Origin: Eledone cirrhosa
Lineage: Eukaryota
NCBI GenBank assembly: GCA_964016885.1
Contig: OZ024741.1
Location: 63,302,001 to 63,366,000, forward strand
Direction: 5' to 3'
Length of the DNA stretch: 64,000 bases
Shown here: positions 13,672 to 25,704 of the stretch, in pieces
How the letters are laid out: the number at the start of each line of letters is the position of its first letter
Position numbering within the stretch: the stretch's first letter is position 1
Made by a program: the position numbers and the translations under genes
The notes under the pieces: model-generated
Database searches by the model: none
Told to the model about the DNA's origin: nothing
The model's input: the letters and a program-made list of their open reading frames with translations, nothing else

Positions 13672-14295
13672 ATGTGCGAGACTCTGCCTAAGCAAAGCTG
13701 GACTCGAAAGTCATCTTCGCAGTCATAAAGTAAGACCAGTGGTTGACTACCAGGCTGCTGTTGGAGATGCTACTCATCATGCTTGCCAAACATGTGGTAG
13801 AGAATGTAAATAAGCAGGAGGGCTCAAGCGACATGCAAAAGTACACGAACTCCAACCACAGCCGACTATTCCCAGTAAATGTTTTGGTTGCCGACTCTGT
13901 GCAAGACATTTTAGATCATTGGCTGGGCTAAAAAGCCACATTCGATCGCAGCACTGTTAGTTGCTATCGTGTGTGTGTGTGTAGATATGTTTATGTGTGT
14001 GCGTGTATGTGTATATATATATATATGTATATGTATATTATTATTGTTGTTGTCGTTATTATTATTGTTGTTATTATTATTATTATTGTTATTAATATAT
14101 GTGTGTGTATATGTGTGTGAGTATGTGTGTGTGTGTGTATATATATGTATGTATATATATATATATATATATATATTTCTTTTTTTTTTTTCTTCTTTTT
14201 ATTTATTTCTTCTTCTTATTATTTTTTTTTTATTTCTCCTCGTGCAATGGCCATACTCAATAACGAGGGGGGCAGCCATCATGTATGTATGTATG

Positions 14296-14300
<5 letters not shown>
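13672..14300 (+). mobile_element. 5'-truncated copy of the RTE LINE at 15975-18803 (zinc-finger end plus 3' UTR)
   Basis: Near-identical to 18170-18803, including the microsatellite-filled UTR and terminal hairpin; (ATGT)n on both sides. Confidence 0.92.
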
Positions 14301-14380
<80 letters not shown>

Positions 14381-14384
<4 letters not shown>

Positions 14385-15001
14385 AGATTTGAATGGATAC
14401 AGTTTAGTTGAAAGGAATTTATTGACACGTGTTTCTATAACAGTTACATAACCTAAAACAGCTGCTATCTACAAACTAAATCTATAGAAGGATTAGAGAT
14501 AGTAAACCAACCACGCATATCTTTACTATCTCTAATCCTTCTATAGATTTAGAAAAATAACCAATAATATATTCTATAAAAAATGTCAAAACAACAGATG
14601 GGAATCTAATTACTCACTGCCACCAAGAATTCTCACTGCTATCGAAAAACCACTCCTTCAACTATTCTTCTAACAACTTCACCCCTCCCTCCTAATATTC
14701 TCTATAAAAACTAAATAGGTCCTTAGTAATATTATTCTGATGAAATGACAGTAAATAATAACATTGAAATATTGAATGTCTGCATAACTAAAAGTTTGTA
14801 GATAGCAGCTGTTTTAGGTTATGTAACTGTTATAGAAACACGTGTCAATAAATTCCTTTCAACTAAACTGTATCCATTCAAATCTTTCTATTTTTCTCCG
14901 GATTACTTTTGGAACTACAACTGGAACCGTCGAGCAAACTCTACGTGAGCTGATAATCTACTGTGTGTAATATTTATATTACAACAAAACGGAAAATACT
15001 G
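14381..15001 (+). mobile_element. PLE pseudo-LTR remnant with inverted arms, flanked by (TA)n
   Basis: 14381-14477 is the reverse complement of 14793-14889; internal hairpin 14478-14551; contains a hammerhead motif. Confidence 0.75.
14732..14851 (+). ncRNA. Type-I hammerhead ribozyme motif with ~91-nt stem II
   Basis: TTATT-CTGATGA-[14744-14834; ATGACAGT/ACTGTTAT, ATAAC/GTTAT, TCTGCA/TGTAGA]-GAAA-CACGTG-TC-AATAA: canonical core, GUC site, palindromic stem III. Confidence 0.75.
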
Positions 15002-15032
<31 letters not shown>

Positions 15033-15043
15033 ATATGTATGTA

Positions 15044-15620
<577 letters not shown>

Positions 15621-15662
15621 TGACTCTTTCACAACAAATATGTGTGTGTGTGTGTGTGTATG

Positions 15663-15703
<41 letters not shown>

Positions 15704-15774
15704 AGTAGTAGTAGTAAGGTGTTCGATGCTGCGACAATGGCCAGCAGCGATGTGTGTCAAATGGCTATTAAGAT

Positions 15775-15893
<119 letters not shown>

Positions 15894-15974
15894 TATAGCA
15901 GAGTAATTCGATGGTCAGTAAGAATGTGTCTGAAAGCAATGGGGGGTATTTTAGCATGTCAAAATATATATTAT

Positions 15975-18462
15975 GATGTAGGCAAGCGTGTTCTGGGATT
16001 GGTGCAGAGAAAACATCAGGACTGGTTTAATGAGAATGATGTACATATAGAAGACTTGTTGGCTGATAAGAGGCGTGCTCTGTCACGCTACTTGACGGCA
16101 AAACCACAGGAGAGGAATACGTTGCATGAGGAGCTCAGGGATGTAAAATCACGTGTTAGGCGGAGTCTTTCTCAGATGAAGGATCAGTGGTGGAGTGAGA
16201 AGGCTGGTGAGATACAAATTGCGTCTGATTCCAATAACACAAAGCTGTTGTACAGTCTCTTGCGTGAGGTTTATGGACCGTCTTCTTCTCTGGTGACACC
16301 GCTTAGCAGCAAGGATGGCAAAGAACTTCTTCGTGACTCACAGGGAATTCTACGAAGGTGGCGAGAGCACTTTGATGATCTTTTGAATCAGCCGTCTGTC
16401 GTCAGTGAAGATTTCTTCAATCTCATTCCAGAAAGTCCTGTGAAAGTAGCTCTTGCAGAACCTCCGACGCTTGTGGAGGTTGCAGTGGCTATTTCGAAGC
16501 TGAACAGTGGAAGATCTCCAGGTACGGATGGCATACATGCTGAGCTCCTACAATATGGTGGCGAGAGACTCCTGCAACATCTGCACTCTTTGTTTGGAAG
16601 GATATGGGCTAATGAATCCGTACCTGAGGACTGGAGAGATGCAGTAATGGTGGTCTTGCACAAGGGAAAGGGTAACAGGAATGATTGTGGGAACTACAGA
16701 GGTATATCATTGCTTTCTGTCGTAGGGAAAGTTTTATGTAGGGTGCTTCTGGACCGTCTGCTGACACACATTGCAGATTGTGTTCTTCCTGAAAGTCAAT
16801 CTGGTTTTCGTGCTGGACGCGGCACTACTGATATGATCTTCTCAGCTAGACAGCTCCAGGAGAAGTGCATTGAACAAGGCTTGGATCTGTATCAGGTTTT
16901 TGTCGATCTGACAAAGGTTTTCGATACTGTCAACAGAGAGGCATTATGGAAGGTTCTCCAGAAACTTGGTTGCCCTGATAAGTTCCTTGCTTTAGTTAGG
17001 TCTTTCCATGACGACATGAAGGCTTGGGTTAATGTCGGAGGTAACATGTCGGAGCCTATCTCAGTAAAATCTCAGTAAAAAATGGAGTGAAACAGGGGGA
17101 TATTCCAGCACCGACCCTGTTTGCCATATACTTTGCAATGGTTTTCTGTATTGCATTCAGGAATTGCGAGCTTGGTGTTTACATCCGATATCGAACCTCA
17201 GGCAGCATATTTAACATCAGGCGCTTTGCTGCGAGGAGAAAAGTATTTACATCAATCATAAGAGACCTCTTGTATGCAGATGATTGTGATATTGTAGCGC
17301 ACACAGAGAGTGATATGCAGCACATTTTGAATGCATTTTCTGACGCTTGCACTGCCCTGGGTTTGACTGTCAGTCTCAAGAAAACCGTCGTCATGTACCA
17401 ACCTGCCCCTAGTAAGCAGTACACTGAACCAAACATCTATGTGTATGGCAAACGACTTGGAGTGGTTGATCAATTTGTCTACCTGGGAAGCACTGTCAAT
17501 CGATACGGCAACCTTGACGGTGAAATCTCACTTAGGATTAGGAAAGCAAGTGATGCTTTCGGAAAGCTAGAAAGGCGACTCTGGGGTCGGCGAGACATAT
17601 GCAGGAGGACAAAGGTAAAGGTGTACAGGGCATGTGTACTCTCTTGTCTTCTTTATGCCTGCGAGACCTGGGTCACATATCGACACCACCTTAAGCAATT
17701 GGAGCGTTTCCATCAGATGTGTCTCAGACGGATCCATGGCGTTCACTGGAGGGACCACATCAGTGATGTCGAGATTTTGGAAAGCTCTATGTGTGACAGC
17801 ATAGAAGCTCTTGTGCTTAAGCAGCGACTCCGTTGGAGTGGTCACCTTGCCAGGATGAAGGATTCTAGAATACCAAAACAACTCTTCTATGATGGAGAGT
17901 TGGTTAAGGAAAACGACCGCCACATAAACCAAAAAAGAGGTATAAGGGTTCCTTGAAAGCCTCTCTGAAAGACGCTAACATCTCTGCTGATACATGGGAA
18001 AATATTGCTGCTGATCGTAATAAATGGAGAAAGACTGTATATGAGGGAAAAGTTGCCTTTGAGGCATCTCGAATCGCACACGAGAAAGTAAAGCGGGATG
18101 TGAGGAAGGGCATTGCTGCTGCACTTCCAGACGGCGAGGGTCCTCCTATGGTGCTGACATGCAGCGTCTGTGCGAGACTCTGCCTAAGCAAAGCTGGACT
18201 CGAAAGTCATCTTCGCAGTCATAAAGTAAGACCAGTGGTTGACTACCAGGCTGCTGTTGGAGATGCTACTCATCATGCTTGCCAAACATGTGGTAGAGAA
18301 TATAAATCAGCAGGAGGGCTCAAGCGACATACAAAAGTACACGAACTCCAACCACAGCCGACTATTCCCAGTGAATGTTTTGGTTGCCGACTCTGTGCAA
18401 GACATTGTAGATCATTGGCTGGGCTAAAAAGCCACATTCGATCGCAGCACTGTTAGTTGTTA

Positions 18463-18500
<38 letters not shown>

Positions 18501-18707
18501 GCTTATGTGCGTGCGTGTGTGTGTAAATATATATGAATATGTATATTATTATTGTTGTTGTCGTTATTATTATTATTGCTATTATTATTATTATTATTAT
18601 TATTATTGTTATTAATGTATGTGTGTGTGTGTATATATGTGTGTGTATGTGTATGTATGTGTGTATGTATATATGTATGTATGTATATATATATATATAT
18701 ATATTTC

Positions 18708-18744
<37 letters not shown>

Positions 18745-18803
18745 TTTTTTTTTTTTTGTCTTCTCGTGCAATGGCCATACTCGATAGCGAGGGGGCAGCC
18801 ATT
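15975..18803 (+). mobile_element. RTE-clade LINE, 5'-truncated (RT plus three C-terminal C2H2 zinc fingers)
   Basis: RKHQDWFNEND, GRSPGTDGIHAE, CGNYRGISLLS, LPESQSGFRAGRGT, FVDLTKVFDTV, KQGD, LYADD, QRLRWSGH. An 11-bp duplication (ATCTCAGTAAA, ~17058-17079) and a frameshift near 17905 disrupt the frame. Stop at 18456. Confidence 0.93.
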
Positions 18804-18832
18804 ATATATATATATATATGTATGTACATATG

Positions 18833-18912
<80 letters not shown>

Positions 18913-18928
18913 TATATATATATATGTA

Positions 18929-19610
18929 TGTCAGGTCACCAGTTGGTGCTGCTGGTAACATGTATCCTAATACAACCTGTCCCATGGTCGGGTCGTTGGC
19001 GACTAAACTGGCAACCCCACCAAGGTTTCTTGGTGAGGAGGGTGACTTTGGACATCCTGCAGAACTAAAAACAAAACCTGTGAAAGGGCAAAGGAGCTCG
19101 TAAGAGTCAATGGCCATCCAAAATCACTGGGAGAGATGACCCCTTAGCCTTTATTAAGGCAGAATTCTAGGAGAAGGAAAACTCTGATATAACACCTGCA
19201 ACCCTGATGATATCCAATGATGTTGACTTGTTCTTCTTTTTGGTAAATATTATCTTGTTTAAGAGAGTAGGACTGGCTTTGTGCAGTGCCTTTGCTCACT
19301 ATAAAAACTTCATGGCACAGGCATTGCTTTATATCTGGAGATCTCTGCACTTGTCGTCACATGGTACCATGGGCCCAGCACTATGTGTCAATAATTGTCA
19401 CAAGTGTAGTGTTTGTACCAGAGTTTTCAAGTCGCTGGCTGGACTAAAAAGTCACTCTCGTTCAGCGCATCGGTAGGGGTTCTCCTACATGGATATAACG
19501 TAGTGGCCGTACTCGAAAACGAGTTGGCAGCCACCATGTATGTATGTATGTATGTATGTATGTATGTATGTATGTATGTCTGTATGTATGTATGTATGTA
19601 TGTATGTATG
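18929..19610 (+). mobile_element. Short non-autonomous RTE derivative (5'-UTR-like part joined to a zinc-finger/3' end), (ATGT)n tail
   Basis: CTAGGAGAAGGAAAACTCTGAT resembles RTE 5'-UTR motifs; HKCSVCTRVFKSLAGLKSHSRSAH finger; terminal hairpin related to 18771-18802. Confidence 0.65.
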
Positions 19611-20923
19611 AATGTATATATGTATGTGCAGATAACTATAACATTAATTGATATCTATACATAAGAGTTGAATAAATCAAGTGCAGTACTACTGAAGACG
19701 AAAAGTATACACATATGAGTGTTCACGGTTAAAACACACTAACAAAAATCAAATTGGATAATCAGACATGGAATGCATTTGAATTGGAAAGTAGAGAGTC
19801 ATAGTTAAAACACAATAGAGTGGTGTTGACCAGTCTTGGAACATCGTTAAAGAAAAGCGTGCGTGATGATGACTTAAGTGTCGTTAAAAAGGTTGGCTGT
19901 TTTTTTTTATGTTTGAAATAATCTTTAAAAGTGAGTTATATTGGTCACGACTGGAGAACAAGATATAGGAAACTGAAGGAATAAGAAATACAATGTATTA
20001 TTAAATAGAAAGCGATAGAGACGGAAATGACAATGAATGAACATAAGAAGCAACGGTAGGTGAATGAGAGAAAAGTTAGTCATTTGAGACATAAAATGGA
20101 AGAAGCAGTGAAGTAAAACAGTGTATAGGCTAGAGAGAAGCAGTTGACAGTTATAGACGAAAGAATGAGCCGTTGGTAATAGACATACTCACATGTAGTA
20201 TCTTTCATACAACACGCACATGCACACACACATACATACACATACACACACATATATATATGCGTGCGTGTCTGTGAGCATTTGTGTAAGGTGTTATTAG
20301 TTAAATGACTAGTGTGATCATTATTAATGTTTGCTACTGTAATGGAAGTAGATTTGGGGTTCTTAGTTATATTTAAGCCCACTCACAAAGCTTAAATCCA
20401 GCTTAAATCCTACGTGTAATAAATATATGTTTAAATATATAATATATATGATGTGTGTGTTTGTGTGTGTGTGCGTGCGTGTATGCGTGTGTGTGTTGTA
20501 TGTCACTTTAATATTGTTACCACATGTTGATTGTACAGGAAATATTACACGTTGATATAATAAAACCTCTCTCTATTATGTCTCTAGTGGGCGTATTTCA
20601 CTAGAAAAATAATGGCACGTACTGAGAGAAAAAGAGATAGGAAAATAAGATGGATGACTTCCTCAGAAACCCGCGTGTGCAGGAACAGTTTATATAATGC
20701 AGTTATATTTATCCTTAAAAACAAGATAGCTACTGTTGTGAGGTTTTTGATCATACATCTATTCGAACAGGTCTGACCTGAAGCTAAACAACAACCTTAA
20801 CAAAGCACAATGGGATTGTCTACAAAATCTACAAACACATCAACAATATCAACAAAAGCATGCTAGCCACATTATTGGCAACATAATATTGAATATAATA
20901 TATATATAATAATAGGACATTAC

Positions 20924-21031
20924 GAGTAGGATCTAATCCTCTGAGAGGTGGGCATTTCTGTCGAACAACTTCTCCTGCCCTCGTTGCTGGCCAACATTGA
21001 ACCGTATCGAATGTTCCATTGCAGTAAAGAC
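20924..21031 (-). CDS. Pdfr: Internal exon of a class B (secretin-family) GPCR hormone-binding domain, PDF-receptor-like
   Basis: Acceptor TTTCTTTTTTATTACACAG and donor GTAATG; 108 nt, phase 1/1. Encodes (G)LYCNGTFDTVQCWPATRAGEVVRQKCPPLRGLDPT, the C..T.D...CW.......G......CP motif. TFDTV.CWP and CPPL.GLDPT resemble PDF receptors; the subfamily call is less certain than the family call. Confidence 0.88.
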
Positions 21032-21210
21032 CTGTGTAATAAAAAAGAAACATGAAATAAATCATGAAAACGATGAAAATATACATATTTATCATTCTAA
21101 TATTGTTTTCCATATCATTGTGTGCATTTGCATTACAGAATCACACACAAACTTCACACACACGCACACACACACATGAAAATTGCAAACTTGACTGTCA
21201 CCACACATTA

Positions 21211-21241
21211 TGAACCTGAAGATTGTGAAAGTACTTGTTCA
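21211..21241 (+). ncRNA. Minimal hammerhead motif lacking stem II
   Basis: TGAAC-CTGAAGA-TTGT-GAAA-GTAC-TT-GTTCA: 5-bp stem I, palindromic AAGTACTT stem III. Confidence 0.6.
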
Positions 21242-21353
21242 ATTAACACTTAACATTTAATATTCTATCATACTATTTCATTTTAATACCATTATAAATT
21301 TTAAAGGATTGTAAATAAAACGAGTAAATCAGACAAAGTTGGAATTCCTCTTA

Positions 21354-21434
<81 letters not shown>

Positions 21435-21436
<2 letters not shown>

Positions 21437-22010
21437 ATTTACATATACACAAACTAGACAGAGCTATAGATATGTTTTTGCCAACCATTCACGATGTGGC
21501 TCAATGATGAATTAATAAATTAAATAATCAGAGCAATAGAATCCTTAGAATCATTTGATAAGATATATACTCAATTTCTTCTCCCAATTAGCATAATCAA
21601 CCACACAAAAAAAAAACAATTAAACCAGGCTATAAGATTAAAAGGCAGCTGTGAAGAAATAATAGATAAATAAACGATAGGCATTTATTCGCGACCAACA
21701 GCCATAGAATATTTACCCATGTAATCCTGGTATGTGTATATGCATTTTTTCTTCTAACTTTAATTGTATACCTAATTGTGTATGGTTGACGATATATTTA
21801 ATCGATTTCCACGTGCTATTGAAATGATGGGTAAATATTGTATGGCTGTTGGTCGCGAATAAATGGCTATCGTTTATTTATCTACAATTTCTTCACAGCT
21901 GCCTTTTAATCTTATAGCCTGGTTTAATTGTTTTTTTTTGTGTGGTTGATTATGCTAAATGGGAGAGGAAATTGAGTATATATCTTATCAAATGATTCTA
22001 AGGACATAAT
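21435..22010. repeat. Inverted repeat (~180-bp arms 21541-21720 and 21827-22004) between (TA)n tracts; probable PLE remnant
   Basis: Arms are reverse complements with few mismatches; the left arm has an unpaired extension. Confidence 0.85.
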
Positions 22011-22015
22011 TTATA

Positions 22016-22075
<60 letters not shown>

Positions 22076-22079
<4 letters not shown>

Positions 22080-22295
22080 TATTAAAATAACAGATTAAAG
22101 TTTAAGCAAAGAATCGATCGCTGCTTTCACCCTTAACGGGATCTTCTGAAAGCAGGGTGAAAGCAGCGATTCTTTGCTTAAACTTTAATCTGTTATTTTA
22201 ATAAATATTTGCTCTACGGTTCTTATATATTTGATATATATTTATCCTTATTGAGCCATCTTTGGATTTTAGTCTTCAAATGTATTATTATTACT

Positions 22296-22363
<68 letters not shown>

Positions 22364-22794
22364 GATATTAATAAATGGAAACTATATACAACTTCTGCTA
22401 TACCATTTACGTGGTTTTGTCTTTGCGTGCTATTGTTCTCCACGCTCCACATATGACGTATTATCTTCGTTTTTTTCGTTCATTGCCACAGAACGTCTCT
22501 ATGAACCACCTAAGAGAACATTAGTCTACGACCTCTTTTATACCATAAGCGTGGTTCTGTCTTTGCGCGTAATTGTTTTTCACCGCTCCTATTAATGACG
22601 TATAATATTCGTTTTTTCCCGTTCTTTGCCAGCGAACGTTTCCACGAACCAAAGTCTTCCTGTCTTCCTGTCTTCCTCCGGTTGCAACGTTTTTTGAAAT
22701 ATCCACTTCTGCGTTTACAGATTGACTTTGTTAGTTTCAGAAGATCCCGTTAAGGGTGAAAGCAGCGATTCTTTGCTTAAACTTTAATCTGTTA

Positions 22795-22800
<6 letters not shown>
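22076..22800. repeat. Fold-back repeat 22076-22207 plus a longer copy of the same family (22362-22800) with a degenerate hammerhead-like motif
   Basis: GGGTGAAAGCAGCGATTCTTTGCTTAAACTTTAATCTGTTATTTTAAT occurs three times, one inverted. CAGAAGA-TCCCGTTAAGGGT-GAAA (~22738-22761) resembles the 26992 hammerhead. Confidence 0.75.
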
Positions 22801-22823
<23 letters not shown>

Positions 22824-22832
<9 letters not shown>

Positions 22833-23125
22833 TAAAAAAATAATGAATAAAACAATGAAACAGTTCCTTATATTAAACAAAAAAAGTTCATTATTTAACG
22901 ATCTATTATTTAAGATCGTTAAATAATGAACTTTTTTTGTTTAATATAAGGAACTGTTTCATTGTTTTATTCATTATTTTTTTAATATTTTATCTTGACT
23001 CTGTATTCCGTTTATCTTTCACCGAAAGTGATTTTTGAATGCATCTCTTCTTTCCATGATATCCGGATTACATTGAGTTCTTCATACGGATTGGACACTA
23101 CCGTAAATTTTGGTAGATTTATCTA
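22824..23125 (+). repeat. Palindromic PLE pLTR remnant related to 55685-55870
   Basis: Arms 22824-22902 and 22914-22993; unpaired tail to 23125 homologous to 55760-55868. Confidence 0.8.
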
Positions 23126-23187
<62 letters not shown>

Positions 23188-23193
<6 letters not shown>

Positions 23194-23548
23194 AGTATGT
23201 ATGTATGTATACGTACATATATGTATACAGACGTACAGTAGTATGTATATATATACATACATGCACACACATATATATGCACGTAGCGGTTTACCGAACA
23301 TTTATTATAATGCTCGCTTTGTTTGTTTGTAAACAAACAAACAGCCCGAATTACGCCGTACAGTGTTTAGGCAACCACGTCACCTTTTTGTTCAACACTG
23401 ACACAGGATCGATGTACTAGTTTCAAGCTTATTAGCTAACGTCAGCATCGTATACCTTCCTGCCAGATGGTTGAAGGTCTGAAAGTATATACTTTCCTTA
23501 TGCATATTAACGGCTGAGCAGCTTAATTTGCATATCGAGTGAGTTCAG

Positions 23549-23608
<60 letters not shown>

Positions 23609-24520
23609 AGTATGTATGTATGTATACGTACATATATGTATACAGACGTACAGTAGTATGTATATATATACATACATGCACACACATATATATGCACGTA
23701 GCGGTTTACCGAACATTTATTATAATGCTCGCTTTGTTTGTTTGTAAACAAACAAACAGCCCGAATTACGCCGTACAGTGTTTAGGCAACCACGTCACCT
23801 TTTTGTTCAACACTGACACAGGAACGATGTACTAGTTTCAAGCTTATTAGCTATCGTCAGCATCGTATACTTTCCTGCCAGATGGTTGAACGAATGAAAA
23901 TATATATTTTCATTATGCATATTAACGGCTGAGCAGCCTAATCTGCATATCGAGTTAGTTCAGTCGGCCGGGCGCATCGAAAACGATAAATGGAATAGAA
24001 TGAAACGAAATTTCATTTCTCACTTTTAGTACGGCACTTACTTAAATGTAAGTATGTATGTATGTATGTATACGTACATACATATGTCGGTGCGCCCGGC
24101 CGAGTGAACTCGCTCGATATGCAAATTAGGCTGTTCAGCCGTTTATATGCATAAGGAAAGTATATACTTTCAGACATTCAGGCAGGAAGGTATACGATGC
24201 TGACGATAGCTAATAAGCTTGAAACTAGTACATCGTTCCTGTGTCAGTGTTGAACAAAAAAGTGACGTGTTGCCTAAACACTGTACAGCGTACTTCGGGC
24301 TGTTTGTTTGTTTACAAACAAACAAACAGAGCATTATAATAAATGTTCGGTAATCCGATCCGTGCATATATATATGTGTGCATGTACGTATATATATACA
24401 TACTACTGTACGTTTGTATACATATATGTATGTACGTATACATACATACATACTTACATTTAAGTAAGTGCTGTACTAAGAGGGAGAAATGAAATTTCGT
24501 TTCATTCTATTCCATTTATA
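23188..24520. repeat. ~360-bp unit present twice in direct orientation (23188-23550, 23603-23978) and once inverted (24087-24520)
   Basis: Shared blocks GTTCAACACTGACACAGGA, GTACTAGTTTCAAGCTTATTAGCTA and their reverse complements. Element class unidentified. Confidence 0.85.
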
Positions 24521-24536
24521 TATATATATATATATA

Positions 24537-24692
24537 AAACATCACAAAAGGGTCCAGAAATAGCCGTCGAAACGGCTTGAGCTCTACCCTGTGGGTCTTG
24601 ACTCTTTTCCTATTAACCATTCTACTGCACAAAGTGTACACTACTCTGGTGCGTTATAGTCCACCTGGTTCCTTACCACACTTCCTTCGTTA
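24537..24692 (+). repeat. Short TA-flanked PLE pLTR-type remnant (family also at 54505-54700 and 56680-56852)
   Basis: TAGCCGTCGAAACGGCTTGAGCTC..CCTGGTTCCTTACCAC..TTCCTTCGTTA shared with the other copies. Confidence 0.7.
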
Positions 24693-24835
24693 TATATATA
24701 TATAAGCAAGAAAGTAAGTGTTGGTAAAATCCAGTACTTCAGTTTGCGGATAGGGAGCACTCAATGAAGATATAAATTCAGGAGTTATAATAGTGACGAA
24801 ACAACTCAATTGCATGAACTCATAATCCTTTATTT

Positions 24836-24891
24836 ACTGCTATATATATTTCGATGATAGCCATTGAATGGCTATGACCTCATCAGGCAGT
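24836..24891 (-). ncRNA. Type-I hammerhead ribozyme motif
   Basis: Minus strand ACTGC-CTGATGA-GGTC ATAGCCA TTCAA TGGCTAT CATC-GAAA-TATATA-TA-GCAGT. Confidence 0.85.
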
Positions 24892-25663
24892 TAGTCAGTT
24901 CTTAGATATGCCAGCTCTGTGTTTATAGTGTTGATGGTATCAGAGCCTTGGGACATATGAGCTTGTTAGGAATAATTTAATGTTGTCAGGAGGAATAGTC
25001 TTGATTCTCATTGGTCAGTTTGTAGATGGTAGTAGGGTGGGTATTTGACCTCAAAGTGGCAGGTGGTTTTGTAAAGTTCAAACCGTCAGGCAAGATGACA
25101 ATAGTTCCATATGACTGATTTTCACAAAAGGCATTCCTGGTCAGATATATGAAATAGATACTACAGGTCATTCTTAAACTGAGGAATTTATGTGGAGTGG
25201 TGCTACTGAAATTTATGGTTGGAGTAGAAAATTTACAAATAAAAAGACTTATGTAGGTTGGCTTGCACTACACTCACACCCACCTACACAGACACACACA
25301 CACACACACACACACACCCACACATACAAAATGTGGGGTGGTAATACTTAATATAATGGTTAGAGTCCAATACTTAGATAGTTTAGAACATTTAGAAATA
25401 AAAGGTTTATGCTGGTTGACGTGTACATACACTCACACCTACCCCCTCAGACACTCACACATCTACACACACAAAACCATACAAGTGTGTATACATATAT
25501 ATGCATGCATGTATGTACGCACAAGTATACATATATATATATAATATATATATATATACACAGAACATACATATATATAAAATATATACATATAAAAATT
25601 AAAAATATATATATATACATATATATAAAAAATATATATATATATACATATACATATAAATAT

Positions 25664-25694
<31 letters not shown>

Positions 25695-25704
25695 CATATA
25701 TATA

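Noticed and set aside
18929-19020. Possible HDV-like ribozyme at the RTE derivative 5' end
   Set aside because: Partial helices exist, but I could not build the nested double pseudoknot; needs a descriptor search.
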